Virus record (IMG/VR): IMGVR_UViG_3300012346_000301
Span: 1 to 36,040 of that record
Direction: 5' to 3' (one strand)
Source of the DNA: a virus
Taxonomy: Duplodnaviria > Caudoviricetes
DNA: 36,040 nt
In this document: one piece after another, positions 18,334 through 26,668 of the stretch
Position numbering within the stretch: position 1 is the stretch's first letter
How the letters are laid out: the number at the start of each line of letters is the position of its first letter
Translations under genes and position numbers: made by a program
The notes under the pieces: generated by a model
Told to the model about the DNA's origin: nothing
Seen by the model: only the letters and a program-made list of their open reading frames with translations
Databases searched by the model: none

Positions 18334-18336
18334 ATC

Positions 18337-18822
18337 TTACTTTATAAAGTTCTTTTCTTCTAACGTATCGAGGTTTATTACTCTACCATCGGGTAGGGTG
18401 TGGGTGTTTGGTTGGTAGGGGGTAATACGTTCAGTTTTATCATATCCTACATCTCCATACTCGTCTATTACAATAATTGTATCATCCCACTTAGGGTGTA
18501 CACAACAGAAAATATAAGAATCTCCGTTTATTTTTACCTTATCCCCCCACTTAAACTCTTTCTTATCTGTGTAGGGTGTTATTATTAGGTCAAATACTGA
18601 ATTACTTTCAGGTTCGTTTATATTATATATACCCCATGAAGCTTCATAGTTATATTGTAATCCTTTAATAGGCTTATCACCCTTTATATGATTTTGCATT
18701 AAATAAAGTATATTAGGATTAACTGATATGTATACTCTACCTTCTACTGCTACACCATTTATCTTACAACTAAACCAGTCCCCTGAGTTTACTTCCTGAC
18801 CTTTGTACATTGTTTTTTCCAT
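18337..18822 (-). CDS. Hypothetical protein
   Basis: ORF track; A-rich leader. Confidence 0.7.
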   Translation of the reverse strand: MEKTMYKGQEVNSGDWFSCKINGVAVEGRVYISVNPNILYLMQNHIKGDKPIKGLQYNYEASWGIYNINEPESNSVFDLIITPYTDKKEFKWGDKVKINGDSYIFCCVHPKWDDTIIVIDEYGDVGYDKTERITPYQPNTHTLPDGRVINLDTLEEKNFIK

Positions 18823-18891
18823 TTTGTTATAGTTTTATAATCTGCTTATTAATTCGTTTAATAGTTCTTTCATTTTTTAATTATTATTTTT

Positions 18892-19149
18892 TTAAATTGA
18901 TTCTAATAACCTATTTTTTACCCAATCAATATTTGGAACGCCATTTCCATCTAAAACTTCTAAAACCTCTTTTATAGCTTCTTCTAATACTTCTGATTGT
19001 TTCAGATAATTAAGTAAATAATTTGCATCATTACTACTAAGTATAACACCCTCTTCTGTAATCCAAGAACAAGCAGTTGGGTTTTCACCATATGAAGCAT
19101 TATCTAAAATTTGAGTGTGTATTTTTTCTATTAATTCTTTCTTTTCCAT
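18892..19149 (-). CDS. Hypothetical protein
   Basis: ORF track; co-oriented with neighbours. Confidence 0.65.
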   Translation of the reverse strand: MEKKELIEKIHTQILDNASYGENPTACSWITEEGVILSSNDANYLLNYLKQSEVLEEAIKEVLEVLDGNGVPNIDWVKNRLLESI

Positions 19150-19150
19150 A

Positions 19151-19396
19151 TTATTTCTGCTTGGTTGTTAGGAATTGTTGGTAGAGTTCATCTGATGTTC
19201 TTTCATCGTAACATATCTTATTGCCTGATTCACGTTCATACTCTCTTATTGCATCTAAAAACTCCACCGCATCGGATGGTTTCGGCTCTTTCGATTCGAG
19301 GGCTTGGATGGCTTCGTTAATAGTATATAATGAATCATCATCTTTTATGTATTCAAAATACGTTTTTAGTTTTTTAAATTTCTCTATTAGTTCCAT
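19151..19396 (-). CDS. Hypothetical protein
   Basis: ORF track; co-oriented with neighbours. Confidence 0.65.
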   Translation of the reverse strand: MELIEKFKKLKTYFEYIKDDDSLYTINEAIQALESKEPKPSDAVEFLDAIREYERESGNKICYDERTSDELYQQFLTTKQK

Positions 19397-19501
19397 TGTC
19401 TTTTCTTCTATGTTTAAATGTTTGGGTTAGTTACCCTTACTTGCTTTTGCTTTCAGGGTAGTGGGTTAGTTAGTTTTTTATAGTATTAAATATAATTAAT
19501 T

Positions 19502-19705
19502 TCAAAGTGAAAAATTTTCTATTTTAACTCCGTTTGTAGTTGGGTAATTACCGCATCCATCTTGCCATACTTCCCAAACGATTCCATTAACATTATAATA
19601 AGTAATATTACCATTCATACCAATATAAGCATAAGCTCTATTGTTGTTAATAAATTCTGATGCCGACATTGTCATTTCTCTGTTAGTGTAGATTGAAGTT
19701 TTCAT
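19502..19705 (-). CDS. Hypothetical protein; start revised to MKTSIY
   Basis: The track start falls inside the -7 box. The ATG at 19705 has an A-rich leader. Confidence 0.65.
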   Translation of the reverse strand: MKTSIYTNREMTMSASEFINNNRAYAYIGMNGNITYYNVNGIVWEVWQDGCGNYPTTNGVKIENFSL

Positions 19706-19726
19706 AATATTTCCTTTTGTGTAGTA

Positions 19727-19787
19727 CAAATATACAACGCTTTTTTATCCTGTCAAGTATTATTTGCAATTTAGAATTATTCTAAAT
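19727..19787 (-). promoter_or_regulatory. Palindrome ATTTAGAA-TTA-TTCTAAAT plus promoter
   Basis: -7 TATATTTG at 19727-19734, TTGACA at 19751-19756, palindrome at 19769-19787. Gap is 34 bp. Confidence 0.8.
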
Positions 19788-19789
19788 AA

Positions 19790-20020
19790 CTAACTCTTAA
19801 CCTTACTCAAATAAAGGTTTTTTATAGCTAAATAAGTGTATTCCTTATCTAACTTGTGTTTCGCTCTTTCTATTCTTTGTGTTTGGGCTTGTTTTAACAG
19901 ATATTGAGCCTGTGCTACCTTATGGTATAGCTTATCCTGTAAACATTGCTTATAAAGCCTTTTTAACCTTGTTATACGGCTTTCTTTTTCTTCTTTGGGT
20001 AGGTATTGTACTGTTATCAT
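19790..20020 (-). CDS. Hypothetical protein
   Basis: ORF track; coupled to the methyltransferase gene. Confidence 0.65.
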   Translation of the reverse strand: MITVQYLPKEEKESRITRLKRLYKQCLQDKLYHKVAQAQYLLKQAQTQRIERAKHKLDKEYTYLAIKNLYLSKVKS

Positions 20021-20021
20021 A

Positions 20022-20663
20022 TTAAAATATTGTAGTTTGTGTTGATTTGTTTTCTATTATTCCCATTGCAGTTTGGAATATAGTTTTACCTGCTTCGTAA
20101 TCTACTAAATTATTACCTATTTTTTTTCTATCCTGTTCTCCCTTATACTTTAAGAAATCATAATCGTGATATTCGGACATAACTTTAGTATGGTTTTTAA
20201 CTCTTGTAAAATCAGGGTTTTTTCTTTCTCCTATATTTGCTGGTAGTTTAAAATTTGTCCAGTATAAGTGCCTCCCCCTTTTTTGAGCTGGGATTAAAGG
20301 CTCATAGTATGGTATAACATTCTCTACTACATATTTACCATCAAAAAAAGTATCTAAAAATATTATTTCTTGATAAAGCTTCATATCGGGGTACTTCATT
20401 TCTGTTCTTGTTTTTAAACTAAATTGAAGCCTACTATGAGTAGGGCAAGGTGGCGAACTCCATATAAAATCAAATTCTTTATAATTGTCTAATAAATATT
20501 GGTGTGCATCAGCTACTATTACAGTATCATTAGGGAAACGCTCTTTATAAAGCCTTGCTAATTCTTCATCCAATTCAACTGCTGTAACCTGTATTTCTGC
20601 CACTTCATCCCACTTATATCTATTACCACCTAAACAAGCGTATAAATTTAAAACCTTTATCAT
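20022..20663 (-). CDS. DNA cytosine-C5 methyltransferase (short, motifs I-VIII)
   Basis: LNLYACLGG (I, variant), SPPCPTHS (IV), VVENV (VI), RH (VIII-like), C-terminal GN. Confidence 0.85.
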   Translation of the reverse strand: MIKVLNLYACLGGNRYKWDEVAEIQVTAVELDEELARLYKERFPNDTVIVADAHQYLLDNYKEFDFIWSSPPCPTHSRLQFSLKTRTEMKYPDMKLYQEIIFLDTFFDGKYVVENVIPYYEPLIPAQKRGRHLYWTNFKLPANIGERKNPDFTRVKNHTKVMSEYHDYDFLKYKGEQDRKKIGNNLVDYEAGKTIFQTAMGIIENKSTQTTIF

Positions 20664-21367
20664 ATATTTTGTTTCATTTTGTTAATGTATCTTATTAATT
20701 CGTGGTCGTAAATTCCTATAAATGGTTGCTTCTTTTTAAATGCTCTCCATCTGCTTCTTATAGTGTCCTTAACCTTCTGCCAAAATCCGTACTCCTTTAT
20801 ATTTCCATCGTAATCAAAGTAAATCATTTGCCCTTGATGAACAAAGTTAAAAGGTATCTTAGGTATTACATCGCAGTTATTAACGTATCTAAAATGAAAA
20901 ACTCTTAAATTTTTTCTAAATGCTTTATTTACTACTCTGGGCATCCCAAAACTTACTACCGTACTCTTAGGGTATCTTGATGAGCATAGCAAAGCAATAG
21001 CACCACCTAAAGAATGACCTGTAAATACTACATTTTCATACCTTTGTGTAGCCATATAGCCCTCTATATATCCATCTATGCTATCATAAAGTTTATATAT
21101 CCCTCTATGTACTCTACCGTTTAAAAAGTCTATACCTATAAAGTCTAAATTTTTACTTATATCTGACTTTTCATCTGTCCCTCTGAATACACAAATTAAC
21201 TTTTCGTTATTAGCCAAAATAAAGGCTTGTACGCCATTTTGATTTAAGTAGCTAATATAGTTATATCCTAAGTCATTAAACTGCTTTAAAAGGGTTATAT
21301 TTGGCTCTCTATAAGCTAAACCGCAAAGAGTAGCATACTCAATATGTTTTTTTAGTATTTCTTTCAT
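20660..21367 (-). CDS. Class 3 lipase (alpha/beta hydrolase) with intact triad
   Basis: VFRGT, VHRG, FTGHSLGGAIA, SFGMPRV, NNCDVIPKIP and DH..IRY motifs. Confidence 0.92.
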   Translation of the reverse strand: MKEILKKHIEYATLCGLAYREPNITLLKQFNDLGYNYISYLNQNGVQAFILANNEKLICVFRGTDEKSDISKNLDFIGIDFLNGRVHRGIYKLYDSIDGYIEGYMATQRYENVVFTGHSLGGAIALLCSSRYPKSTVVSFGMPRVVNKAFRKNLRVFHFRYVNNCDVIPKIPFNFVHQGQMIYFDYDGNIKEYGFWQKVKDTIRSRWRAFKKKQPFIGIYDHELIRYINKMKQNI

Positions 21368-22069
21368 TTATTTAGTGTTTAAAAGTTTGTTAAAATAATC
21401 AATTACTACCAACCTCTTTGCCCTGCTTTTTACCTTTTCTTCCAAAGTGCCTTTCTCTAAATCCTCTAATATCCTTTGGCTTATTCGTAACTCTTCTAAG
21501 GTTGTGGCTTTTCTGCTATTCTCTGCTTCTATTTGTGAGTAGGCAATATCGTAATATTCTTGTTTATCATCAATAGTCAATACTACTTTACCTGATTCTA
21601 TTAAGTGATTGTAATAAACATTACCATAGTCTAAGCATTGCCCTTTAGTCTTATAAGTGTTTAGTAAGAACTCTCCAAACTCATCATAGTTTATTTCTTT
21701 AACTGGTGCTTCCAATAACCTTGATGGCTCTACAATAGCTTTTTTAATATCTCTCCTCGATTCGCAATAGTTCACTAAAAAGAACTCAAAGGTAGCAAAT
21801 GAAAGCCCAAAAAACTCGCCATATTTTTTAGTTATTCCGTTTCTAAAAGCTATCATTATCTCATCTTTACCTAAGTAGTAGTATTTAAACTCTACTAATT
21901 TAAGAAGTTCATTAAAGGTATATTCTAATTCTTTTTCTTCAAACTTATATAAAAGGTCTGCATAGCATTTAGCCATAGCACCCTTAACTACGTTCTTACG
22001 TTCATTAGGTGTTAACTCTCCTATCTTTGTGGATTGTATAGCTTTCTTTATGTGCTGAACTTCGTACAT
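21368..22069 (-). CDS. Hypothetical replication-associated protein (possible helicase loader)
   Basis: EIMIAFRNG...YGEFFGLS motif and position after an initiator-like gene. Function is inferred from position only. Confidence 0.45.
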   Translation of the reverse strand: MYEVQHIKKAIQSTKIGELTPNERKNVVKGAMAKCYADLLYKFEEKELEYTFNELLKLVEFKYYYLGKDEIMIAFRNGITKKYGEFFGLSFATFEFFLVNYCESRRDIKKAIVEPSRLLEAPVKEINYDEFGEFLLNTYKTKGQCLDYGNVYYNHLIESGKVVLTIDDKQEYYDIAYSQIEAENSRKATTLEELRISQRILEDLEKGTLEEKVKSRAKRLVVIDYFNKLLNTK

Positions 22070-22073
22070 AGTT

Positions 22074-22277
22074 TTAAAAATCTAAATTTATAATTTTTAC
22101 TATACCAAAAATAAATATTACTAATATTAAAATAAAGTATTGAGAAATAAATACAGTTGTTAATATATTTGTGCATAATGAATAAGGTGATATACCAATC
22201 ATAATTACAGAGCCTAAAAAAGATAACATCAACAATAAAAAATAAGTTTTAAATATAATTATTAATTTTTTTTTCAT
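22074..22277 (-). CDS. Small 2-TM membrane protein
   Basis: Two hydrophobic stretches. Confidence 0.6.
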   Translation of the reverse strand: MKKKLIIIFKTYFLLLMLSFLGSVIMIGISPYSLCTNILTTVFISQYFILILVIFIFGIVKIINLDF

Positions 22278-22281
22278 CTGT

Positions 22282-22590
22282 TTATAGTTTATTAAAAGCG
22301 TTTAAAATTTTGTCTATCTTATTACTCTCTACCCATCGGATATATTCAGCATCGGTATCAGAAAATACAACCCCTTGCCACTTGTTTATTATTGCCCTCT
22401 TAATGAGTAAATTTACAAATTTATCCTCATACTTCATTAACTTTTTTAATGTTTTTTCAACCGTTTCTAAACTCTTATTTTTCCATTTAGAACTGAAACA
22501 TAAAGAAGTAAATAATTCAGTATTTTCAGTTGATAGGTTATACCATTTGCATAGCGATATAATCTGCTCTTTGCGTTGTTCTATACTCAT
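22282..22590 (-). CDS. Protein resembling the C-terminal domain of phage replication initiators
   Basis: LKKL...IKRAIINKWQGVVF resembles the AI.NGWQG.F motif of replisome organisers. Confidence 0.5.
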   Translation of the reverse strand: MSIEQRKEQIISLCKWYNLSTENTELFTSLCFSSKWKNKSLETVEKTLKKLMKYEDKFVNLLIKRAIINKWQGVVFSDTDAEYIRWVESNKIDKILNAFNKL

Positions 22591-23182
22591 CTGAATTTAT
22601 TTTAACTGTTAAATCTTCAATTATCATACTTAATAGGTATTCGTGTTGCTTTACACTTTCTGAGGATTTTAAATCTAATAATAGCATATTCCTACGAGTA
22701 TAATATACGTTTATACTTTGGTATTTAGTTAGTGTTAATATCCTATCGTAATCACAAAGATATTTATTTAAAAAATAAGCTAAAAAATCTTGACCTAATT
22801 GCATATTCCTTGTTTTCTTTTTTACGTTTAATACAAAATCATTCATATTAAAGTATTCTAAAATAACTTCTTTAATCTCACTATAAATATCTATTACCTT
22901 TCCTTGTATAAAACAGTCAGTTTCATATATTAGGTTTTGGAATGTTTTATCTATGCTTATCTTATCGTTTATTTCAGATATATGATATACAACAGTTGCG
23001 TGGTCTGTTACCCCTGAATAAGCTGCAATTTTCTTTAATGAAAGAGTAGTATATTTTCTAAGAAAAAAACTTATTAACTTTCTTGATAGTGCTACTTCAC
23101 TTCTTCTTGTGCTTGTTGTCAATATAGAGTTATCCAAGTGACGATACTCCATTATTTTGTTTACTATGTATTCTGCTTCCAT
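22538..23182 (-). CDS. DNA-binding protein with DnaA domain IV-like HTH, tandemly duplicated
   Basis: RRSEVALSRKLISFFLRKYTTLSLKKIA...DHATVVYHI, plus a degenerate second copy KKTRNMQLGQDFLAYFLNKY...YQSINVYY. Confidence 0.75.
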   Translation of the reverse strand: MEAEYIVNKIMEYRHLDNSILTTSTRRSEVALSRKLISFFLRKYTTLSLKKIAAYSGVTDHATVVYHISEINDKISIDKTFQNLIYETDCFIQGKVIDIYSEIKEVILEYFNMNDFVLNVKKKTRNMQLGQDFLAYFLNKYLCDYDRILTLTKYQSINVYYTRRNMLLLDLKSSESVKQHEYLLSMIIEDLTVKINSDEYRTTQRADYIAMQMV

Positions 23183-23445
23183 ATCTCTCTGTTTATTTTG
23201 CGTGTGATGTCTGTTTGATTGTAGTTAAACCCTCCGTTTATCCTATCCACTTGAGAATTTAAAAGATACATTTTAATCTCATTTACCCTTTCATTCATTA
23301 ACTCAAAGGTACTTAACTCATTTTCTAATTTTATTCTTTCTTCATAAGATATAGAAGATGTAGTAAGAAGAGTTAAACAGTATTCTATCTGTGAATCATC
23401 TGCTAAATTATCATAGTAAATATCGTCTAACTCTTCAAAGTTCAT
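23164..23445 (-). CDS. Hypothetical protein
   Basis: ORF track. Confidence 0.65.
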   Translation of the reverse strand: MNFEELDDIYYDNLADDSQIEYCLTLLTTSSISYEERIKLENELSTFELMNERVNEIKMYLLNSQVDRINGGFNYNQTDITRKINREIWKQNT

Positions 23446-23447
23446 AA

Positions 23448-23720
23448 TTAAAACGGTAAATCTGATTGTTCAGGCTCTTTTATATCCTCGTTTGCGTTTG
23501 TTTCTTTTGGTTGTGGCTTCCACGTATCCTCATATAGTGTATGAGTTTGCTTAAAATCGTTAGGCTCTTTTAATTGGCTCATACATATTCTAATGTAATT
23601 ACCCTCTTGAGAGTTTAACAGTTTTTCAATAGCTTCCTTTTTTAAGGTAATATTAAACATTGTACCGTAATTGTTTTTAATAGCCTTGCCATTACCAACA
23701 TAGTTTTTCTTTTCTGACAT
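23448..23720 (-). CDS. Putative single-stranded DNA-binding protein
   Basis: YVGNGK, THT..EDTWKP and acidic tail ending SDLPF. Follows ERF. Confidence 0.65.
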   Translation of the reverse strand: MSEKKNYVGNGKAIKNNYGTMFNITLKKEAIEKLLNSQEGNYIRICMSQLKEPNDFKQTHTLYEDTWKPQPKETNANEDIKEPEQSDLPF

Positions 23721-23723
23721 TTT

Positions 23724-24245
23724 TTATAATTGTTTTTTCTTATTTGCTACGTAAACTTGATGTTTTTTAGAATAGTGCCAATCTGCATTTAGTTCCCAAA
23801 GTGTTTTAAGTTCATCTAATGATTTACAACTATCAATTAATAACTTAGTTTCTTTGTCTAAGGTAGGCATTTCTTTTGTATCTGAATCCTTTGTATCGTC
23901 AATTAAAAATAAACCGTTTAAAGCGTACTTACGTGCGTATGAAGATGCACTACCAGTTATCTGACTTCCATCCATTCCTTTCTTTGTTTCTTCTTCTCGT
24001 GCAAAGGCAGTAACTGAAGCAATATGTCCACTATCAGTCATTATTGTTGCAACTGCTTGTACGTAAACTCTGCTACCTACTTCTATAATTGAATCCGATA
24101 TAGTAAGTAAACATTTGTATTTAGCTAACAAAGGCTTTAAAGCTTCTAAAATATCCTCACAGCTTCTATAATTGTAATTACCAAAATTATTTCTTTGGTT
24201 TTTCGGTACTTTTAACTCCGATTGTATTTCTATTAGTTCTTTCAT
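23724..24245 (-). CDS. erf: ERF-family ssDNA annealing protein
   Basis: YNYRSCEDILEALKP and QITGSASSYARKYALNGLFLIDD motifs. Confidence 0.93.
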   Translation of the reverse strand: MKELIEIQSELKVPKNQRNNFGNYNYRSCEDILEALKPLLAKYKCLLTISDSIIEVGSRVYVQAVATIMTDSGHIASVTAFAREEETKKGMDGSQITGSASSYARKYALNGLFLIDDTKDSDTKEMPTLDKETKLLIDSCKSLDELKTLWELNADWHYSKKHQVYVANKKKQL

Positions 24246-24246
24246 T

Positions 24247-24420
24247 TTAGTCTATTGTTTTTAAAATTTTAGTTAATCCGTAACTTGATAATCCAATACT
24301 TACTATCCAAAGTACAGTTTCTAATGATAAAAATTCTTTTGGAAATGATGCTAATGCACAGGCTTGAAATAATACAAATACGATTATCCCAAAAATAAAT
24401 GTTCGTGTTTCTTTGTTCAT
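24247..24420 (-). CDS. Small 2-TM protein, 57 aa
   Basis: Hand-translated MNKETRTFIFGIIVFVLFQACALASF...LWIVSIGLSSYGLTKILKTID. Confidence 0.6.
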   Translation of the reverse strand: MNKETRTFIFGIIVFVLFQACALASFPKEFLSLETVLWIVSIGLSSYGLTKILKTID

Positions 24421-24424
24421 AATT

Positions 24425-24820
24425 TTAGTTTTTATTTAATTCTGTTTCTTTTCTTAAGTGTGCTATCTTTTGTTTTAAGACATCTATAAACTCTGTTACT
24501 GAAAGCCTATGACCTTTTAACCGTAAATACATTAACTCCGATTTAATCTCTAACTCCTTAAACTCCTTTGTTTCTATTATTGCTCTTTTATCCCTCTCTG
24601 CCTGACTGTTTCCAGTACCCTCAATGCTTTTAGTAGCTTCTTCAACCTTTCGCAGTTGGTACGCATCTAAGTACGTTCTATAAGCATCGTTCTCCTCTGA
24701 ATGTAACCAAAAAAGGAATGTAGCTAACTTAGTGTTAATGTCTAACAAGTCGTTTATTACGTTTGTATTATTAGCTTCTTTTATAAGAGCCTTAATCCTC
24801 TCTATTGACTTTTCCTGCAT
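24425..24820 (-). CDS. Coiled-coil hypothetical protein
   Basis: ORF track; helical; lies in the recombination module. Confidence 0.65.
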   Translation of the reverse strand: MQEKSIERIKALIKEANNTNVINDLLDINTKLATFLFWLHSEENDAYRTYLDAYQLRKVEEATKSIEGTGNSQAERDKRAIIETKEFKELEIKSELMYLRLKGHRLSVTEFIDVLKQKIAHLRKETELNKN

Positions 24821-25049
24821 CTACGTTAAAATTATATAGTTTCATTACATTGCTTACCTTTTCATTAAAGTCTTTGCCCTCTACCATTCCTAACTCATCA
24901 ATGCCGAACCAAAATACATCCTCTACTCCATTTTCAACATACGTAACGTAAACTGTAAAGTTTCTTTTTTCTATTTCTGTAATAGTACAGATAGGTGTGG
25001 GAAATAATAACTCATTTATCATTAACCCAAATGTATCAGTCCATCCCAT
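24792..25049 (-). CDS. Hypothetical protein
   Basis: ORF track. Confidence 0.6.
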   Translation of the reverse strand: MGWTDTFGLMINELLFPTPICTITEIEKRNFTVYVTYVENGVEDVFWFGIDELGMVEGKDFNEKVSNVMKLYNFNVDAGKVNRED

Positions 25050-25051
25050 AG

Positions 25052-25423
25052 TTACATAGTTTTTAGTTGGCAGTTTAAAACTTCTCTGATATAGTCGCCA
25101 GTAAGGTTTTCTAAATGATATTCAATATAATCATCCATAGCCTCGTATACTACATCTATTTGCTCTCCAAATTCAGGATGGTGGCTTGATATTTCAGAGC
25201 GTACATATTTAACTCCATCTTCTTGCTTTACTTCATACTCCTTTTCTACAAACTCCTTTAAGGCTAAATAAGGTATATCAGTAATATAGCAAAATCCTGT
25301 ATCTGCATCACTATCTCTCGTTTCAAATCTTACTATTACTATTGAGCCATCAAATATTTGCTCTTGGATTAATAGACAATAACCACCTTGTGGAATGTCT
25401 GAAATGTTTTTTACTTTTTTCAT
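25052..25423 (-). CDS. Acidic hypothetical protein
   Basis: ORF track; A-rich leader. Confidence 0.65.
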   Translation of the reverse strand: MKKVKNISDIPQGGYCLLIQEQIFDGSIVIVRFETRDSDADTGFCYITDIPYLALKEFVEKEYEVKQEDGVKYVRSEISSHHPEFGEQIDVVYEAMDDYIEYHLENLTGDYIREVLNCQLKTM

Positions 25424-25434
25424 TTTGTGTGTTA

Positions 25435-25701
25435 TTATTTATAGGTTATTTCTGTTGGCCATCCACAATCTCTACACTCTGAAACGCAATCCATCAAATC
25501 TGAATACTGTGCTAAATCAAGTCCATTACCTTTGCCATTTCTTATAGTATAAAATATACCGTTGTTATTTTTTTTAACTTTAATACAGCCACTAAATCCA
25601 AATTGAATATGCTTATAACCATTATCAATTATAATTTTAACTCTATTATACAAATCTAATTTTTTAGCTTCTTTGATTTGTTCTTTTGTTAGGTTTTCCA
25701 T
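25435..25701 (-). CDS. Hypothetical protein, first gene after a palindrome promoter
   Basis: ORF track; AC-rich leader. Confidence 0.7.
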   Translation of the reverse strand: MENLTKEQIKEAKKLDLYNRVKIIIDNGYKHIQFGFSGCIKVKKNNNGIFYTIRNGKGNGLDLAQYSDLMDCVSECRDCGWPTEITYK

Positions 25702-25748
25702 TTTGTTTTGTTTTTTGTGTGTTGCTCAGCTTCGTGCCTTTGCATATT

Positions 25749-25809
25749 CAAAAGTACATAACTTTTTTTTATTGTCAAGTATTATTTTCAATTTAGAATG
25801 ATTCTAAAC
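25749..25809 (-). promoter_or_regulatory. Palindrome ATTTAGAA-TGA-TTCTAAAC plus promoter
   Basis: -7 TACTTTTG at 25749-25756, TTGACA at 25773-25778, palindrome at 25791-25809. Gap is 34 bp. 34/36 nt identical to 19751-19786. Confidence 0.8.
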
Positions 25810-25964
25810 TATTCAAACCTTTCTAACCTGTATTTATCCATTGGTAACATTACTATCCTATACCCCTTTTTACCCTGAATATAAGAACGTACCTTTTTTA
25901 AATCTACCTTTGAGAATATTAAACTATCCCTTACCTCTAACTCCTTTATTTCTTTACTTGTCAT
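25809..25964 (-). CDS. Hypothetical protein, 51 aa
   Basis: Hand-translated MTSKEIKELEVRDSLIFS...YRLERFE. ATGA overlap with the upstream gene. Confidence 0.6.
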   Translation of the reverse strand: MTSKEIKELEVRDSLIFSKVDLKKVRSYIQGKKGYRIVMLPMDKYRLERFE

Positions 25965-26161
25965 AATCCTAACTTATCCTTTATTATCGTTCCTTTTAAT
26001 ATCCTAAATGTGTCGGTCTTTCTCCATCCTTTGCGACCTCCGTAATAAGTATCTTTAATTCTGTTTTCATAGTTCTTTAAGGGTAAATCAGAGTTGCATA
26101 CAACGTCTACACTCGTTATATAACCGTTTATCTCTATATCTACCCTTTTTAAGACTATCAT
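25961..26161 (-). CDS. Hypothetical protein
   Basis: ORF track. Confidence 0.6.
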   Translation of the reverse strand: MIVLKRVDIEINGYITSVDVVCNSDLPLKNYENRIKDTYYGGRKGWRKTDTFRILKGTIIKDKLGL

Positions 26162-26171
26162 TTTAAATATA

Positions 26172-26441
26172 CTATGATTCTAAAACTAATTTATTAATTT
26201 TTATACCCGCTAATACAATATCATTATAACAACTTGAGAAATAAGCAGTATATACATTATCTTCTATTACAATAGATAAATCTTTTTTGTTGATATAATA
26301 TGCTAAAGAGTGTAATAATTCTATTTCATCATCAGATAGTTTGCAATTATTAGTAAATCCTCTATGAGTTAATATATATTTAACACCATTTTTAGAAGCT
26401 TTTAATAAGACTTCTTTTTCTGTTTGTTCTAAAACTATCAT
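26172..26441 (-). CDS. Hypothetical protein
   Basis: ORF track; ATGA overlap. Confidence 0.6.
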   Translation of the reverse strand: MIVLEQTEKEVLLKASKNGVKYILTHRGFTNNCKLSDDEIELLHSLAYYINKKDLSIVIEDNVYTAYFSSCYNDIVLAGIKINKLVLES

Positions 26442-26668
26442 TTTCTTTTCAATACGTTTATAGGCTCTTTGCCTTGTGAAATTAAATGCTTATCTACTGC
26501 TATCGCTGCTTCCTTTGAGGTCTTAAAGTATAAACACTTATCTACTCCGTTAGTTCTTAACTTAGCTTCATACATCTCATCCCCACCTCTTTTTATTACC
26601 TTGTAAACATACTTATATCCTGTATCTTCGTTTAAGGTTGTGGTACTTAGTCTGCTTCCTTTGTTCAT
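26438..26668 (-). CDS. Stand-alone AP2-like DNA-binding domain protein
   Basis: TGYKYVY...YEAKL...YFKTSKEAAIAVD motif; no HNH domain. Confidence 0.65.
   Translation of the reverse strand: MNKGSRLSTTTLNEDTGYKYVYKVIKRGGDEMYEAKLRTNGVDKCLYFKTSKEAAIAVDKHLISQGKEPINVLKRK

Noticed and set aside
26438-26668. AP2 protein as a homing endonuclease
   Set aside because: It is only 76 aa and has no HNH nuclease domain.
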